A DNA stretch of 32,000 nt, taken from positions 4,808 through 36,807 of the forward strand of contig BAAFSQ010000086.1 of the NCBI GenBank assembly GCA_054661495.1, read 5' to 3'. Origin of the DNA: Zygophlyctis sp. KS116. Lineage: Eukaryota > Fungi > Chytridiomycota. The notes under the pieces were generated by a model. The model ran no database searches, was not told the origin of the DNA, and saw only the letters and a list, made by a program, of their open reading frames with translations. Shown here one piece after another: positions 21,401 through 31,629 of the stretch. A program made the translations under genes and the position numbers. How positions within the stretch are numbered: position 1 is the first letter of the stretch; each line of letters starts with the position of its first letter.

Positions 21401-21541
21401 CATCATTCGGTGCTCTATTTATACTACTGTTGTACCATAAAGAGCATTTGCGCTAGAAAAAGGGCACAAGAAAGGTTTCAAGTTGTCCGATATCTAACCT
21501 GTTCCGTGAGCAAGGGGAGCCCTAGTTAAGATCTGAAAAAG

Positions 21542-21988
21542 ATGAGAAACTGGACAATAATGATGATGATTTTTACAACAATCCTTCTCTTTACAAAAGT
21601 TAATGCAAAAGATGCAAGTCTTGATCAGGTGAAAGGAATGATTTTCGATTGGAATGAACTAATAAATCTTCAAAATGAGATGTCTGGACAATATTTCAAA
21701 GAATCTAATAGATCGATTGTAAAAAGAATGTTTCATTGGTACTACAATGGTATATTGGGGTTTGGTAATGCATATGTAACTGCAAAGGCAAGATTTGATT
21801 ATTACTTCAAGGATTTCTTTCAGAAAGCAAATGCATTCACAGATCAATGTTTTTTGATTTTAGATAGCTTTAGACTATCAATGTTTTCTGCAAAGATTAT
21901 TGAAATATTTATCGGATATGCAATCGCTGTATACTCTATTACATTACTGTATTTATACTTTCAGACGCTTAATAGCACTTTACAATAA
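21542..21988 (+). CDS. Hypothetical protein with signal peptide and C-terminal TM helix (148 aa)
   Basis: Hydrophobic N-terminus ending VNA, C-terminal IIEIFIGYAIAVYSITLLYLYF, and TGTCCGA 52 bp upstream. Confidence 0.6.
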   Translation: MRNWTIMMMIFTTILLFTKVNAKDASLDQVKGMIFDWNELINLQNEMSGQYFKESNRSIVKRMFHWYYNGILGFGNAYVTAKARFDYYFKDFFQKANAFTDQCFLILDSFRLSMFSAKIIEIFIGYAIAVYSITLLYLYFQTLNSTLQ

Positions 21989-22015
21989 AGATATTAATAA
22001 GGTGGAAAAGATTTA

Positions 22016-23639
22016 TTACTTTTTAATGACATCGAAATCTGCAGGAGGGAATATAAGTCCATACATGACAGCCAACGCCTCTAGTATAACTGCAAAGAAT
22101 TGAAAAACAGCAGTAATTGGAATATGAAGTATAATCAAAACAAAGTTTTTTCTCTTATCAATGTCTTGAATTAGGATTCCCAATATGTAGAGATAGACAA
22201 AGGTCACAAAGGAAAAGTCCTTTAAGAGTCCAAACCATCTAGGAGTACCCAGTTTCACAAAGAATCCCAAGACAACTGATGCAACGGTAAAATATAGAGA
22301 TAATGTTCCTAATGTCCAAAAAAACCACCATATCTTTGGTAGAACTTGAGGAAGACGTCGAATACCAACATACCAACGGCGACGTTGTTTTAAGAATCCA
22401 ATCAAGTCTAATGGTGATTGTTCACGTACAATTCCAGGAATTTTCCCACATTTGTATCCAAGTTCCCATGCATGAGTTGCAAATTGATAATCTTCGGTCA
22501 AGGAACCAAGATCCCAGGTAATGGCATTTTCAACCATTCCATTAGTTAATAAAAATGAACCGTGTGCTCCAAACATTGGGTTATGGAAGAAATCATATTG
22601 TAAATGAAATCTAGCCAAATCATCTCCAACTCTAATTGCATCACCAACAGTGAAAAACCAATTTGCCCAATATCGGTACTGATTATATATAATAATCCCT
22701 TGCCCCCAAGTATATTGCTTTTGATACCGAATAAAGTTTAAAACTTGATGAACACTTTCATCGTCAATCACAGATTCCTCATCAAGATGTAATATCCAGT
22801 CATATTCTGTATATTTCATTGTTTGTCGGTACCATTCGAGAGCACGAGCCTTATATTTTGACTGGCCAGTTTGAAAGCTTTTCGGACAAGTAAAACAATT
22901 CACTTGATCAAAATAGTATGGCTCATCAGTCAATACATGAACTCGAATACTTGGATCAAGTTTTTCTAAATGTTTATGAGCATTCCAAGCCCTCATTACT
23001 GCCTCTCTATTATCCCCTTTTGTAACTGTTAAAATGTATAAATTATCAATTCTTCTGGCCTCGCTCTCGTCATGCACAAGAAATTTTGTTGTTCGAAACG
23101 GTAGAGCTAAAGAAATAAAGCAAATTAAAGTGTAAGGAAGTGGTAAAATCCATCCTAAGATTAATTGAATTCAAATTACCAATCTTCCACCAACATGACA
23201 TATTCCAGATGTCGTCATCATTGTAATCCTGCTGAAGGACAAATGTCATATAATAAGTAAACCCGAGTATGAATGCTATGTGGATTATCCACATTTCTGA
23301 TAATAAATTCATCACAGTCTTTGTATTCCCAGTGTTTGTTAAAATTTGTGGCTCATTTGTTTCACTGATTGCTTTTGAGTTATGATCCTTTTCCAATGTA
23401 TCAAAAGCACTTTGACCATTCAATATAACCGAGTCTCGGAGATCAATCTTTTTACCAAATTCAGCCAATGATTCGGAAGATGTATTAAACTGTAATATTC
23501 TAGGACTTTTTGCATCAGTTTTCTCATTTGTAGAATTCTGATCTATTTTGGTGGATGAATCTGTATTCTTCAACTCTTCTTGCGATGTTATCTTAACGTT
23601 GATCTTGGGAGGACTTTCACTGATATTCGGGTGGCTCAT
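22016..23639 (-). CDS. Glycosyltransferase family 2, egghead/BRE-3-like beta-1,4-mannosyltransferase; intron 23155-23179
   Basis: KYKARALEW, WILHLDEES, GQGIIIY, HGSFLL, SLTED and EQSP....FLKQRRRW (QxxRW), with N- and C-terminal TM helices. A 25-nt intron joins the two ORFs. Confidence 0.85.
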
Positions 23640-23887
23640 TTAATAATTTTAAGAATGATTACGAATGCCGATTGTTCTTGTCTGACGTAGCCGGATTACG
23701 TGCGTTTGTCCCAACCATGGCATACGCAGTCTGATATGCACCAGAAATTTGGCGTTTAATTTTGAGTCCATTTTACATTTAGTTAGCTCTGATTCTTGGG
23801 TATTCAATTCATGTCCGAACATACTTGGTTCATAGGCCCCTACCGTCAACCCAGCGTTTTTTATGAAACTGAGACGTTTCAAACTTT

Positions 23888-26800
23888 ATGCAATCAGAAA
23901 ACTTGAAGAAATCTACCCATGCTGATGCAATATTAAGAGCATCGGTTACTAATCATGATTGGTCCGAAGATAAAGAGAAACCCTCTTATCAACTGAAAGC
24001 ATTGTTCATTAGAGCTTACTACATTCAAAAAAGACAAATGTTTACAAATATACTCTGCATTGGTTTATGTCCATTCTTGATCATTTTTATTTCTACCATT
24101 CTAGGTGTGATTGCAAATCAGATATTTAATAATATTACAATATCTGGTAAGTTAATTTTATGCTAATAAGTAGATGATATTTTGTCATGTTCTAAATTAT
24201 CTTCTGTAGATGAATATGGGTGGCCATTACCTGTAGGAAGGAATTTGCCATTTACAGTCTCGAATTCACGAGTAATAAGGCATCTCAACTTGTTTAAAAC
24301 CGATCAACATTTGAAATTTTTATCTATTTCAAGAGATGATTTTAAATATTGTGAATTCTGGCTGGATAGTTTGAATAATTTGAACAAAAGTACTGCACCT
24401 ATTTCTTGGGATTCGTAAGGATTTTGTAATTTAATGCATTTAGAACGTTTCTGTCTCAGCCAATCAGGCCTTGGCTAGCTATTTTGAACGAGTCTTCCAG
24501 TCCTAACAGAGACTATGCTGTAAAAGAGTTGTCCAGAAACCAAATGTTTCCGCATATAGTTTATGGAGCTGCTCCAAATATCATTAAAAATCTTCCAATT
24601 ATCAAGAAAACACCGATTTTAAATGATTCTTCTCAAATGATGAATGATTTTTTAACCAAATCAAATACTTTATCAGATTCAATCTTTGGACAGATCAAGC
24701 CAAGATATTGGATAAATCTATCCTCTCCTCTTGACTTTCATTTTCAAAAAGTACCTATTTTTACTCAATTAGCATCGCATAAAACACAACAAGATATGGA
24801 TATTTATTTTGCTGAAAAGATACAGGATGCATTATTGTTATTTTCTACAATGAACAAGTCAATTATTTATCAGCCTATACCTTCTGATTCAGAATTGACA
24901 ACATTTTATAATTCAATTCAAAACACTCTCAAGGAACTTCCACATGGAGGGATTTGGATCGAAAAACTAGATCATAGAGAGCGAAATTATAAGTATACCC
25001 TGCAGTTTGGAAGGGAAAAGCGGCTTTCTTTAATTCCTGAACTAGGTAAAAGACTTATTATACAACAAGCGCAACTTGGAAATTCTATCCTTCGATTTAG
25101 TAATCCGCCAAAACTTGGAAATTACTCTATTATACAAGGTCTTCGAGCATTTCCTCATTACGTTCGCGGGGACTCGTTTAAATACCCAATAGCTGAATTT
25201 ACTGCACGACTACTATTTCCTTTGGGACTTTCTTGTCTTATTCCTGTTTTTGTTGTTACTCTGGTAAAGGAAAAAGAATCAAAAACTGTTATAATGATGC
25301 GCATGGTAAAATCTATTTCTTTTAATGTATTAGAATGGCGTGAAGCTTTCAAAGTATTTATTAGTTCAATATTGTGTCTTTTTGATTCTTTACTGGCTTT
25401 CAGCAGCATCTTTCTTAATATGTGGAAGTTTATCTGGAATGGAATTCTTTGATAATACGAGTCTGTCAGTATTATTGACAGTTTTAAGTATATGGGGGCA
25501 TTTGCTGATATGCTTATCTTTATTTATTTCTGTATTTTTTAGGCGCAGTCGCAGAGCGTTGGTGTTTGTATTATTGATGATATTATGCAGCGTATTGATG
25601 CATCTTGTTTTAATAAGGTTTTCGCCAGATACTCTTCCGGAGTCAATTTACTATACTTGGCCCCCTTTAACTTTTTATAAGGCGCTCGATATAATCAATG
25701 TAGCTTCTTACTCATCTTTTCAAAAGGTAGTTGAAAATATTTTCATATAATAGCCATATGCATACTCTGATCTTGTAGTTGGGAACGAATTATACAACTA
25801 CCTTTTGATAATGTATTTCCAAAATACACTATTATTTGCACTCGCAGGTTATCTCAGTTATGTCACTCCAACAGAATTCGGCGTTCGTAGACCTTGGCAT
25901 TATGCATTGTATCGAGTATTTCGCCAATGTTTTGGGATAAAAAAGAAGAGAAAAATCGCTGGGATAAAATCTCTGGAAGAAGCTGAATTGCTTGTTTTAA
26001 AAGGTACTTCTGATGATGAATTGGTTAAAAGAGAACGACACAAAGTTCTTTGTACCAAAGAATATGAAAATGCACCTTTAGTGATTAAAAACATCACCAA
26101 AATTTATCACAGAAGCAACATTTCATTATCTAACTGTGCAATAGACAGAGTAACATTTGCAATAGAGAAAGATACAGTATTTGGGCTCTTAGGCTGCAAT
26201 GGAGCAGGAAAGTCCAGCCTTCTTGGGATACTCACTGGTCTATTTGAAGCTACTTCAGGGACAGCTTATGTTGCAGGTTATGATGTCTGTACCGAAACAA
26301 AACACGTATATCGGAATATTGGAGTCTGTCCTCAATTTAATATTCTTTGGGATCAGATTACTGTACGAGAACATTTATTATTTTATGCAAGAATCAAAGG
26401 AATTCCTAATTCAGAAGAAAAAGAAGCTGTTCGAGAAGTTTTGCAAAATGTTGAGCTTCTTGAAGATGAAGATGTTAAAGCCCAGAACTTGTCTTTTGGA
26501 GAAAAAAGAAGATTAGCAATAGGTATAGCCTTAATAGGATATCCAAAAGTTATCTTTATGGATGAGCCAACGGTAATTATTTTATTCTCTAAACTTAGAA
26601 TGGTCTTGATCCTATCATGCGACGCCAAGTCTGGAATATAATCCATAATATTAAAAAGGATAGAGCGATTATTCTTTCCACACATTCAATGACAGAGGCC
26701 CAAGTTTGCTGTCAGAAAGTAGGAATAATGAAAAATGGAGCTTTAACGACTATAGGAACACCATTAGAGATTTGCAAACTCTATTCTAATGGGTACAGTT

Positions 26801-27102
26801 TAACTCTAAAATTTGTTGAATCAAAACGAGACATTGCAGAAAAATTTATATCCACAATTCTTCCAACCATTACTAATCATAATCAAATCAATCCGACTCT
26901 TGATCGCTATATATTCCAAGCCTCTACAATGGACATTGCAAGAATTTTCTCAGACTTGAAAACCCACTCATTAGAATACAATATATCCAGTTGGGAAATT
27001 TGTGCTAACTCACTTGCTGATGCATTTCAAACCATACATGCAGATGACCCAGATAATGATTTTGAAAAAGACTTTAGTTCGTGGATCACTAGCAGTTCTT
27101 AA
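23888..27102 (+). CDS. ABCA-subfamily half-size ABC transporter; introns 24147-24170 (or 24173), 24415-24443, 25306-25333, 25727-25753, 26573-26598
   Basis: LVKEKE..MMRMNG, EFGVRRPW, Walker A GCNGAGKSS, IGVCPQFNILWDQITVREHL, Walker B IFMDEPTNGLDP and ILSTHSMTEA. Confidence 0.92.
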
Positions 27103-27118
27103 AATTTTTATTTATTTT

Positions 27119-27823
27119 CTAAAATATTGTTTTTAGATAAGATACATACGCCATCCCCGTATTTTCTTTAGCTTCTGTCCCTGCCAAATATTCCTGATTT
27201 ATCCTCTTTGGAGTTTTAATAGCCTGATTATTCTTTATACATTCCACACAATACAACAAATGATTCTTTACATCTTCATTATATGCATAATCTATAGGAG
27301 TAAACCCTTTTAAATTATTTGCTGTAACTAATGCTTTTGCCATCATCAATGTAGTTATAATATCAAAATAACCCCAAGAAGATGCAATATGTAGTAGGGT
27401 AGAACCCTCAGAATCCTTCAAGGGCTCATCAACACCTACTCCTAACTCTAGTAGCTTACTAATCATTTTAAGATTTCCTTTTTCTATAGCAACAGCAGCA
27501 GGAGTTTTCCCCTGTAAATTTGATAAATTCATTGCAGATGGATATTTACAGAGTAATTTGAAGAATGCATCTTCATTTTCATACATGCAAGCGATTAGAA
27601 TTCCAGAATTCCTAGAAAAATCTGTAGAAATAATTCCATCGTGAAGAGAGTAAAAATAATCAAACATTTCAATTTGATGAAATTTTATGCAATAAAAATA
27701 AATTGGCCATCCGTTCTCAGGATCACAAATATCCTGAAAATTAGATTTTGTTTTTTTCAAGAGTGAGATTGTAAATGTAAGATTTCCATTGCAGATTTCC
27801 TTTTTAAGAATATTGAAATCCAT
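27119..27823 (-). CDS. Ankyrin-repeat protein resembling TORC2 subunit Avo2 (a final tiny intron may shift the stop)
   Basis: GNL, DPENGW, GKTPAAVAIEKGN, GSTLLHIASSWGY and GFTPIDYAY. The overall pattern recalls fungal Avo2. Confidence 0.75.
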   Translation of the reverse strand: MDFNILKKEICNGNLTFTISLLKKTKSNFQDICDPENGWPIYFYCIKFHQIEMFDYFYSLHDGIISTDFSRNSGILIACMYENEDAFFKLLCKYPSAMNLSNLQGKTPAAVAIEKGNLKMISKLLELGVGVDEPLKDSEGSTLLHIASSWGYFDIITTLMMAKALVTANNLKGFTPIDYAYNEDVKNHLLYCVECIKNNQAIKTPKRINQEYLAGTEAKENTGMAYVSYLKTIF

Positions 27824-27865
27824 TTTCACCGTTTGACCTGACCATACACCTGACAGAGGAAAAAA

Positions 27866-29045
27866 ATGAAAAGTCAAATCCGATTTATCAATTTAATGAC
27901 AGAGTTTTCAAAATCTCTGAAAAAACAAATGCAAGAAAATAAAGAATTTCAGGAAAATCTTAAACTCATTTCTAATGAATCAAGTAAAATTAAAGAATCA
28001 GAAACAATGTCAAAAGCTAGAGATGCAATGAAGGAATCTTCCAAAGTTGTTAAAAATGTCTCAAAAGCAATTGAAAATTTGTCAGAATCTGAAATTGTCA
28101 AAAAGTCTGGACAAGTCTTGGTTCAAACTGGAAAGATTGTGGGAAGGGTAAGTTTTTGTCTAGGTGAAGTTTTAGGCTGCAGAACCAATTCTTCAAACTA
28201 AAGCTGCAAAAACAGTCTCAAAAGGAGTTTCATCCGTGACTAGAGAGATTCTAGACTCTTCATCAAATGCTTTTTTTGCAGAATATAAACCAAAAGAGCA
28301 GAGAGATAAAGATAGACTTTTAACATTGAAAAAATCAACCCTAAAAGGTGAAACAAGACAGATTGGACCTAATGAAAATGCAGGACAAGATGTGGTTTTA
28401 CATAAATCATCTAGAATATCCAATGCTTGGAATAAATTTAAACAGGATTCAGCTATCGGACAAACTCTTTTTTCTGTAAAAAGAGGGGTAGAAGAATCAG
28501 ATCATCCAGTTTTTGAATTTATTAGGAATTGGAGAGAAATGACTAGAATCAAGGAAACTGAAGAAGCCAAAGTTATCAAATGTATCAAAACTGTGGATCC
28601 ACTTTTTAGAAAAGATTTGTTTTTAAAGGAAATGACGCAATATATTATTCCAGATATATTGGAATTGGTATTAAAAGAAGATGCAATTGGAATAAGTCCT
28701 TGGTGTAGTGAAAGTGCTTTGGCAAAATTAAAAGTTGGATTTGAGGCTTCAAAGAGTCAAGGATTGATTCCAGATTCAAAATTATTAGATATTAGAAAAG
28801 TTGATATTCGTCAAATGACTCTATTGGAAGACGAGCTACCTGTCATTTTAATAGGGTTTTCTACTCACGAACTCTTGGTATATAAGAATAAAAAGGGTAA
28901 AGTAGTACTTGGTTCTGACGAATCAATTCAGACTGCACATTATGTGATTGCATTTACAAAAAAGCAGCTTTTGGAAGCTGAAGCTCATATTGAACCAAAA
29001 ACAAATGGGTGGGTAATTATAGACTGGAATCGTGTGCAGTTTTAA
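27866..29045 (+). CDS. TIM44: Mitochondrial import inner membrane translocase subunit Tim44; intron 28148-28175
   Basis: QENKEFQENLK, VVLHKSS..AWNKFK, EESDHP, VDPLF, YIIPDILE, WCSE, SKLLDIRKVDI and GKVVLGSDE. Confidence 0.9.
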
Positions 29046-29090
29046 CACAAATAGAGTATTTCTGGATAGAAAATTTGAATTCATGATTTC

Positions 29091-29319
29091 TTGAACAAAG
29101 GGAACCATTATTTTTTGAACTTTGTCCGAAACTCCATCTTTTATGAATGGGTTAAGAGTCTGTCCATGTGCTAAAGCAAGACTACAATAAATTTGAAGTA
29201 GTAAGACCCCATCTAAAGTAAGCGGCCATCAATTTTAAAAGGTCTCGTGAAATTCAGGTTGGGAGTCAGGACAATGTCGGATCCGAGGTAGTTCAAAGAC
29301 TTTCCCAGTAATAACTCAA
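29091..29319 (-). ncRNA. Candidate structured RNA or degenerate foldback element (unassigned)
   Basis: Six nested complementary segments plus internal hairpins that need G-U pairs on the minus strand. No Rfam family recognised by eye. Confidence 0.35.
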
Positions 29320-29348
29320 AAATAAACAATTACAAACACGAAAGCCAA

Positions 29349-30095
29349 TTAAATTGCCATAGACTGCCTTAATTCTTCTAATTCTGCATCCTCATCACTA
29401 ACAACCTTTTTTACAGGCCTTGGAGGTTGTGAGATTGCTAAAATCAATTAAATAAAAACCAAAATACCTGGCATTGCTGTAGTTGGCACCGAAGGAGCAA
29501 GATTTATATCAACTTTATCTCCTTTTTCAAATAATAATTCATCTAATTCTTGTTGTTCTAATAATTCCAATTCTTCATTTAATTCATCTTCATCAAATTC
29601 AATTCCAAAATTCACTGGTTGCGATATTGCTTCTGAAATTTCATTTGCCAAATCCATTTGTTCTCTTATATCATCCATTGTATTATCAACTTTATTAATA
29701 TCTCTTAAAATTTAGTATATATTAAATTACAGTGATCCATGAATATTCTTCATTGCGTCTGCCCCAGCCTTCATTGCATTCATTGTTTCTAAATTTATAT
29801 TTGCATTTTCAATAGCCATAACTTGAGTTTCTAGCGTCATTCTTGAGCCCATAATTTTATTAATTTGGTCTTCTAGAGCTCTTTTTCTCTTTAGAGCCAT
29901 GAGAGCCACTATAATTATTCCAGGTAAAATACCTCTTTTATTTTTAGTAGCGTTTGCTTTTGCGATTTTCAATTCATTTTCAATTTTTAAATTCAAGAAT
30001 TTTTCCCTTTTCTCCAACATTTCCAGAGAATCTCTTATTCTAACAATCGCATCTTTAGGAGTATCTTTAGTTTTGGCTTTTCCAAAGAGATTCAT
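29349..30095 (-). CDS. SNF7: ESCRT-III subunit Snf7/Vps32; introns 29909-29932, 29704-29730, 29438-29467
   Basis: KNKRVALMALKRKR, TLETQVMAIENANINLET, DINKVDNTMDDIREQM, DEDELNEELELLEQ and a C-terminal ELEELRQSMAI. Confidence 0.95.
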
Positions 30096-30100
30096 CGCGT

Positions 30101-30307
30101 TTAAAGATTTTATAAAAATTTAAAAAGTATTTTCCTGCGCCTGGAATTGAACTCTGGTCTTTTCTTCTCTACTAGATTTATTAAAGATTTTATAAAAATT
30201 TATAAAAATTTAAAAGTATTTTAGTATTGACAAGAATTGAACTCTGATCGTAAGCAGCCTGATAGAAAGACTGACAAGACTCTAACAAGAACAAGAATCG
30301 AACTCTG
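30101..30307. repeat. Imperfect local duplication with three GAATYGAACTCTG motifs in the divergent promoter
   Basis: TTAAAGATTTTATAAAAATTTA at 30101 and 30181. GAATTGAACTCTG at 30144 and 30234, GAATCGAACTCTG at 30295. Confidence 0.8.
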
Positions 30308-30321
30308 TGCCTAGGTATCTC

Positions 30322-31218
30322 ATGAAAGAATTTTTACAAGAATTCCTTCAAAAGCGGCTAATCTTTTATCCGCATTTACTTTTACAAGAAGAATCTGCAA
30401 TTACAACAGTCAGTTTATTTCCTTTTCTTCCAGTCAAAGAAAGAGATGAATCCCTAATTTGTAAATGTCTTTATGGATCAAGACTAGCAACTCCCAGTTT
30501 TGATAATTCTTTATTGTATTTAGAAAAGGAATTATGGAATTCAATGACTCTAAAACCAATAGAAAATACTTTATACTATCAAGATTTAAACTATAATTCT
30601 AAAAATTTGGATTTCTCTGGTCTAAAATGTACAGAATTCTTAGGGTTCGGACACGGATTTTTAGTTTTTGAAAATCTAAACGACTTGAACGATGCAATCA
30701 AGAAATTAAATTCTAAAGATGATATTAAAGTCTTGACATTTCAAGAATATACGAAAAGAATAGCGGAATACACTAATTTGATCAAGGAAAGGAATCTAGA
30801 ATTATCAATTTTAAAATCAAATTTATATAATAGGAATTCTGAACGGGAAAATGGGACAGTATATAGGTTTAGAGGAGTTCATTCAGGTACAAATTCAAAG
30901 ATTTTGAAGAAATTGTTTGAAATTGTGGCGCCGGTTTGTTTTTTAGAGTATATAAAGGGATCTAAACAAGGAAAAGTACGGTTTAAAAGTCAAAATGGAG
31001 GGAATTTGGCAAAATTATACTTTTCTAGGGAATTTATAAGTCAAAAAAGTTGGGATGATTTAGGGAGTTTTTCTACAGATTTAGAAAAAATGGATAGGAT
31101 TTTATTGGAAAAAATAGAACAAGAAAAAGACTCTGGTTCTAATTTAAAGAGAAAAGTACAAGATTCTTCTCTGTCAGAAGAAGAATCACTAAGAAATAAA
31201 CATACTAGATTTTCGTAG
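30322..31218 (+). CDS. RRM-containing RNA-binding protein, La-related (Larp7/Pof8-like xRRM), intronless
   Basis: RNP1-like GHGFLVFENLNDLNDAI. The C-terminal GTVYRFRGVHSGTNSKILKKLF..VCFLEYIKGSKQGKVRF resembles the xRRM/RRM2 of La-family proteins. Confidence 0.6.
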   Translation: MKEFLQEFLQKRLIFYPHLLLQEESAITTVSLFPFLPVKERDESLICKCLYGSRLATPSFDNSLLYLEKELWNSMTLKPIENTLYYQDLNYNSKNLDFSGLKCTEFLGFGHGFLVFENLNDLNDAIKKLNSKDDIKVLTFQEYTKRIAEYTNLIKERNLELSILKSNLYNRNSERENGTVYRFRGVHSGTNSKILKKLFEIVAPVCFLEYIKGSKQGKVRFKSQNGGNLAKLYFSREFISQKSWDDLGSFSTDLEKMDRILLEKIEQEKDSGSNLKRKVQDSSLSEEESLRNKHTRFS

Positions 31219-31329
31219 TCTCTTGTTTTAATTGATTCGGACATGCACAATTTCTAAATATTTAAAATTAATATTGTTTTTCAAATTTTTAGAAAATAGA
31301 TAACAGAATGTTTGTAGTCACAACAAGGC

Positions 31330-31629
31330 TTAAATAATAATTTTCTTGTTCTGAAAGAGATTTTTTCTGCGAACCAGGTCTATAAACCTTGTTTGATTAT
31401 TGTATACTGCTTCTTTCAAAATATAATTCCGGTTTATATAAGGATCGACATACTGCATACGAAGCAGCCAACTAGAAAGATTAACGCTATTGCAACAGGC
31501 AGCAGATTTATCTTGAAATCGACCTTTACTTTCTTGTTTAGCCTGGTAGTCTGCATAAAATTTAGATTCAAAAGCTCTGAATATCATTGCTTGATCTTTG
31601 ATCCGATCCTGAATTTCATCTTGCTTCAT
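31330..31629 (-). CDS. Short hypothetical ORF with one degenerate ankyrin-like repeat (possibly a remnant)
   Basis: VDPYINRNYILKEAVYNNQTRFIDLV resembles VDPS..DNYA...A...G...IV-type ankyrin repeats. Confidence 0.3.
   Translation of the reverse strand: MKQDEIQDRIKDQAMIFRAFESKFYADYQAKQESKGRFQDKSAACCNSVNLSSWLLRMQYVDPYINRNYILKEAVYNNQTRFIDLVRRKNLFQNKKIII

Noticed and set aside
29286-29305. GTTCAAAGACT resembling the group I intron R element
   Set aside because: No matching P, Q or S elements and no host RNA gene around it.
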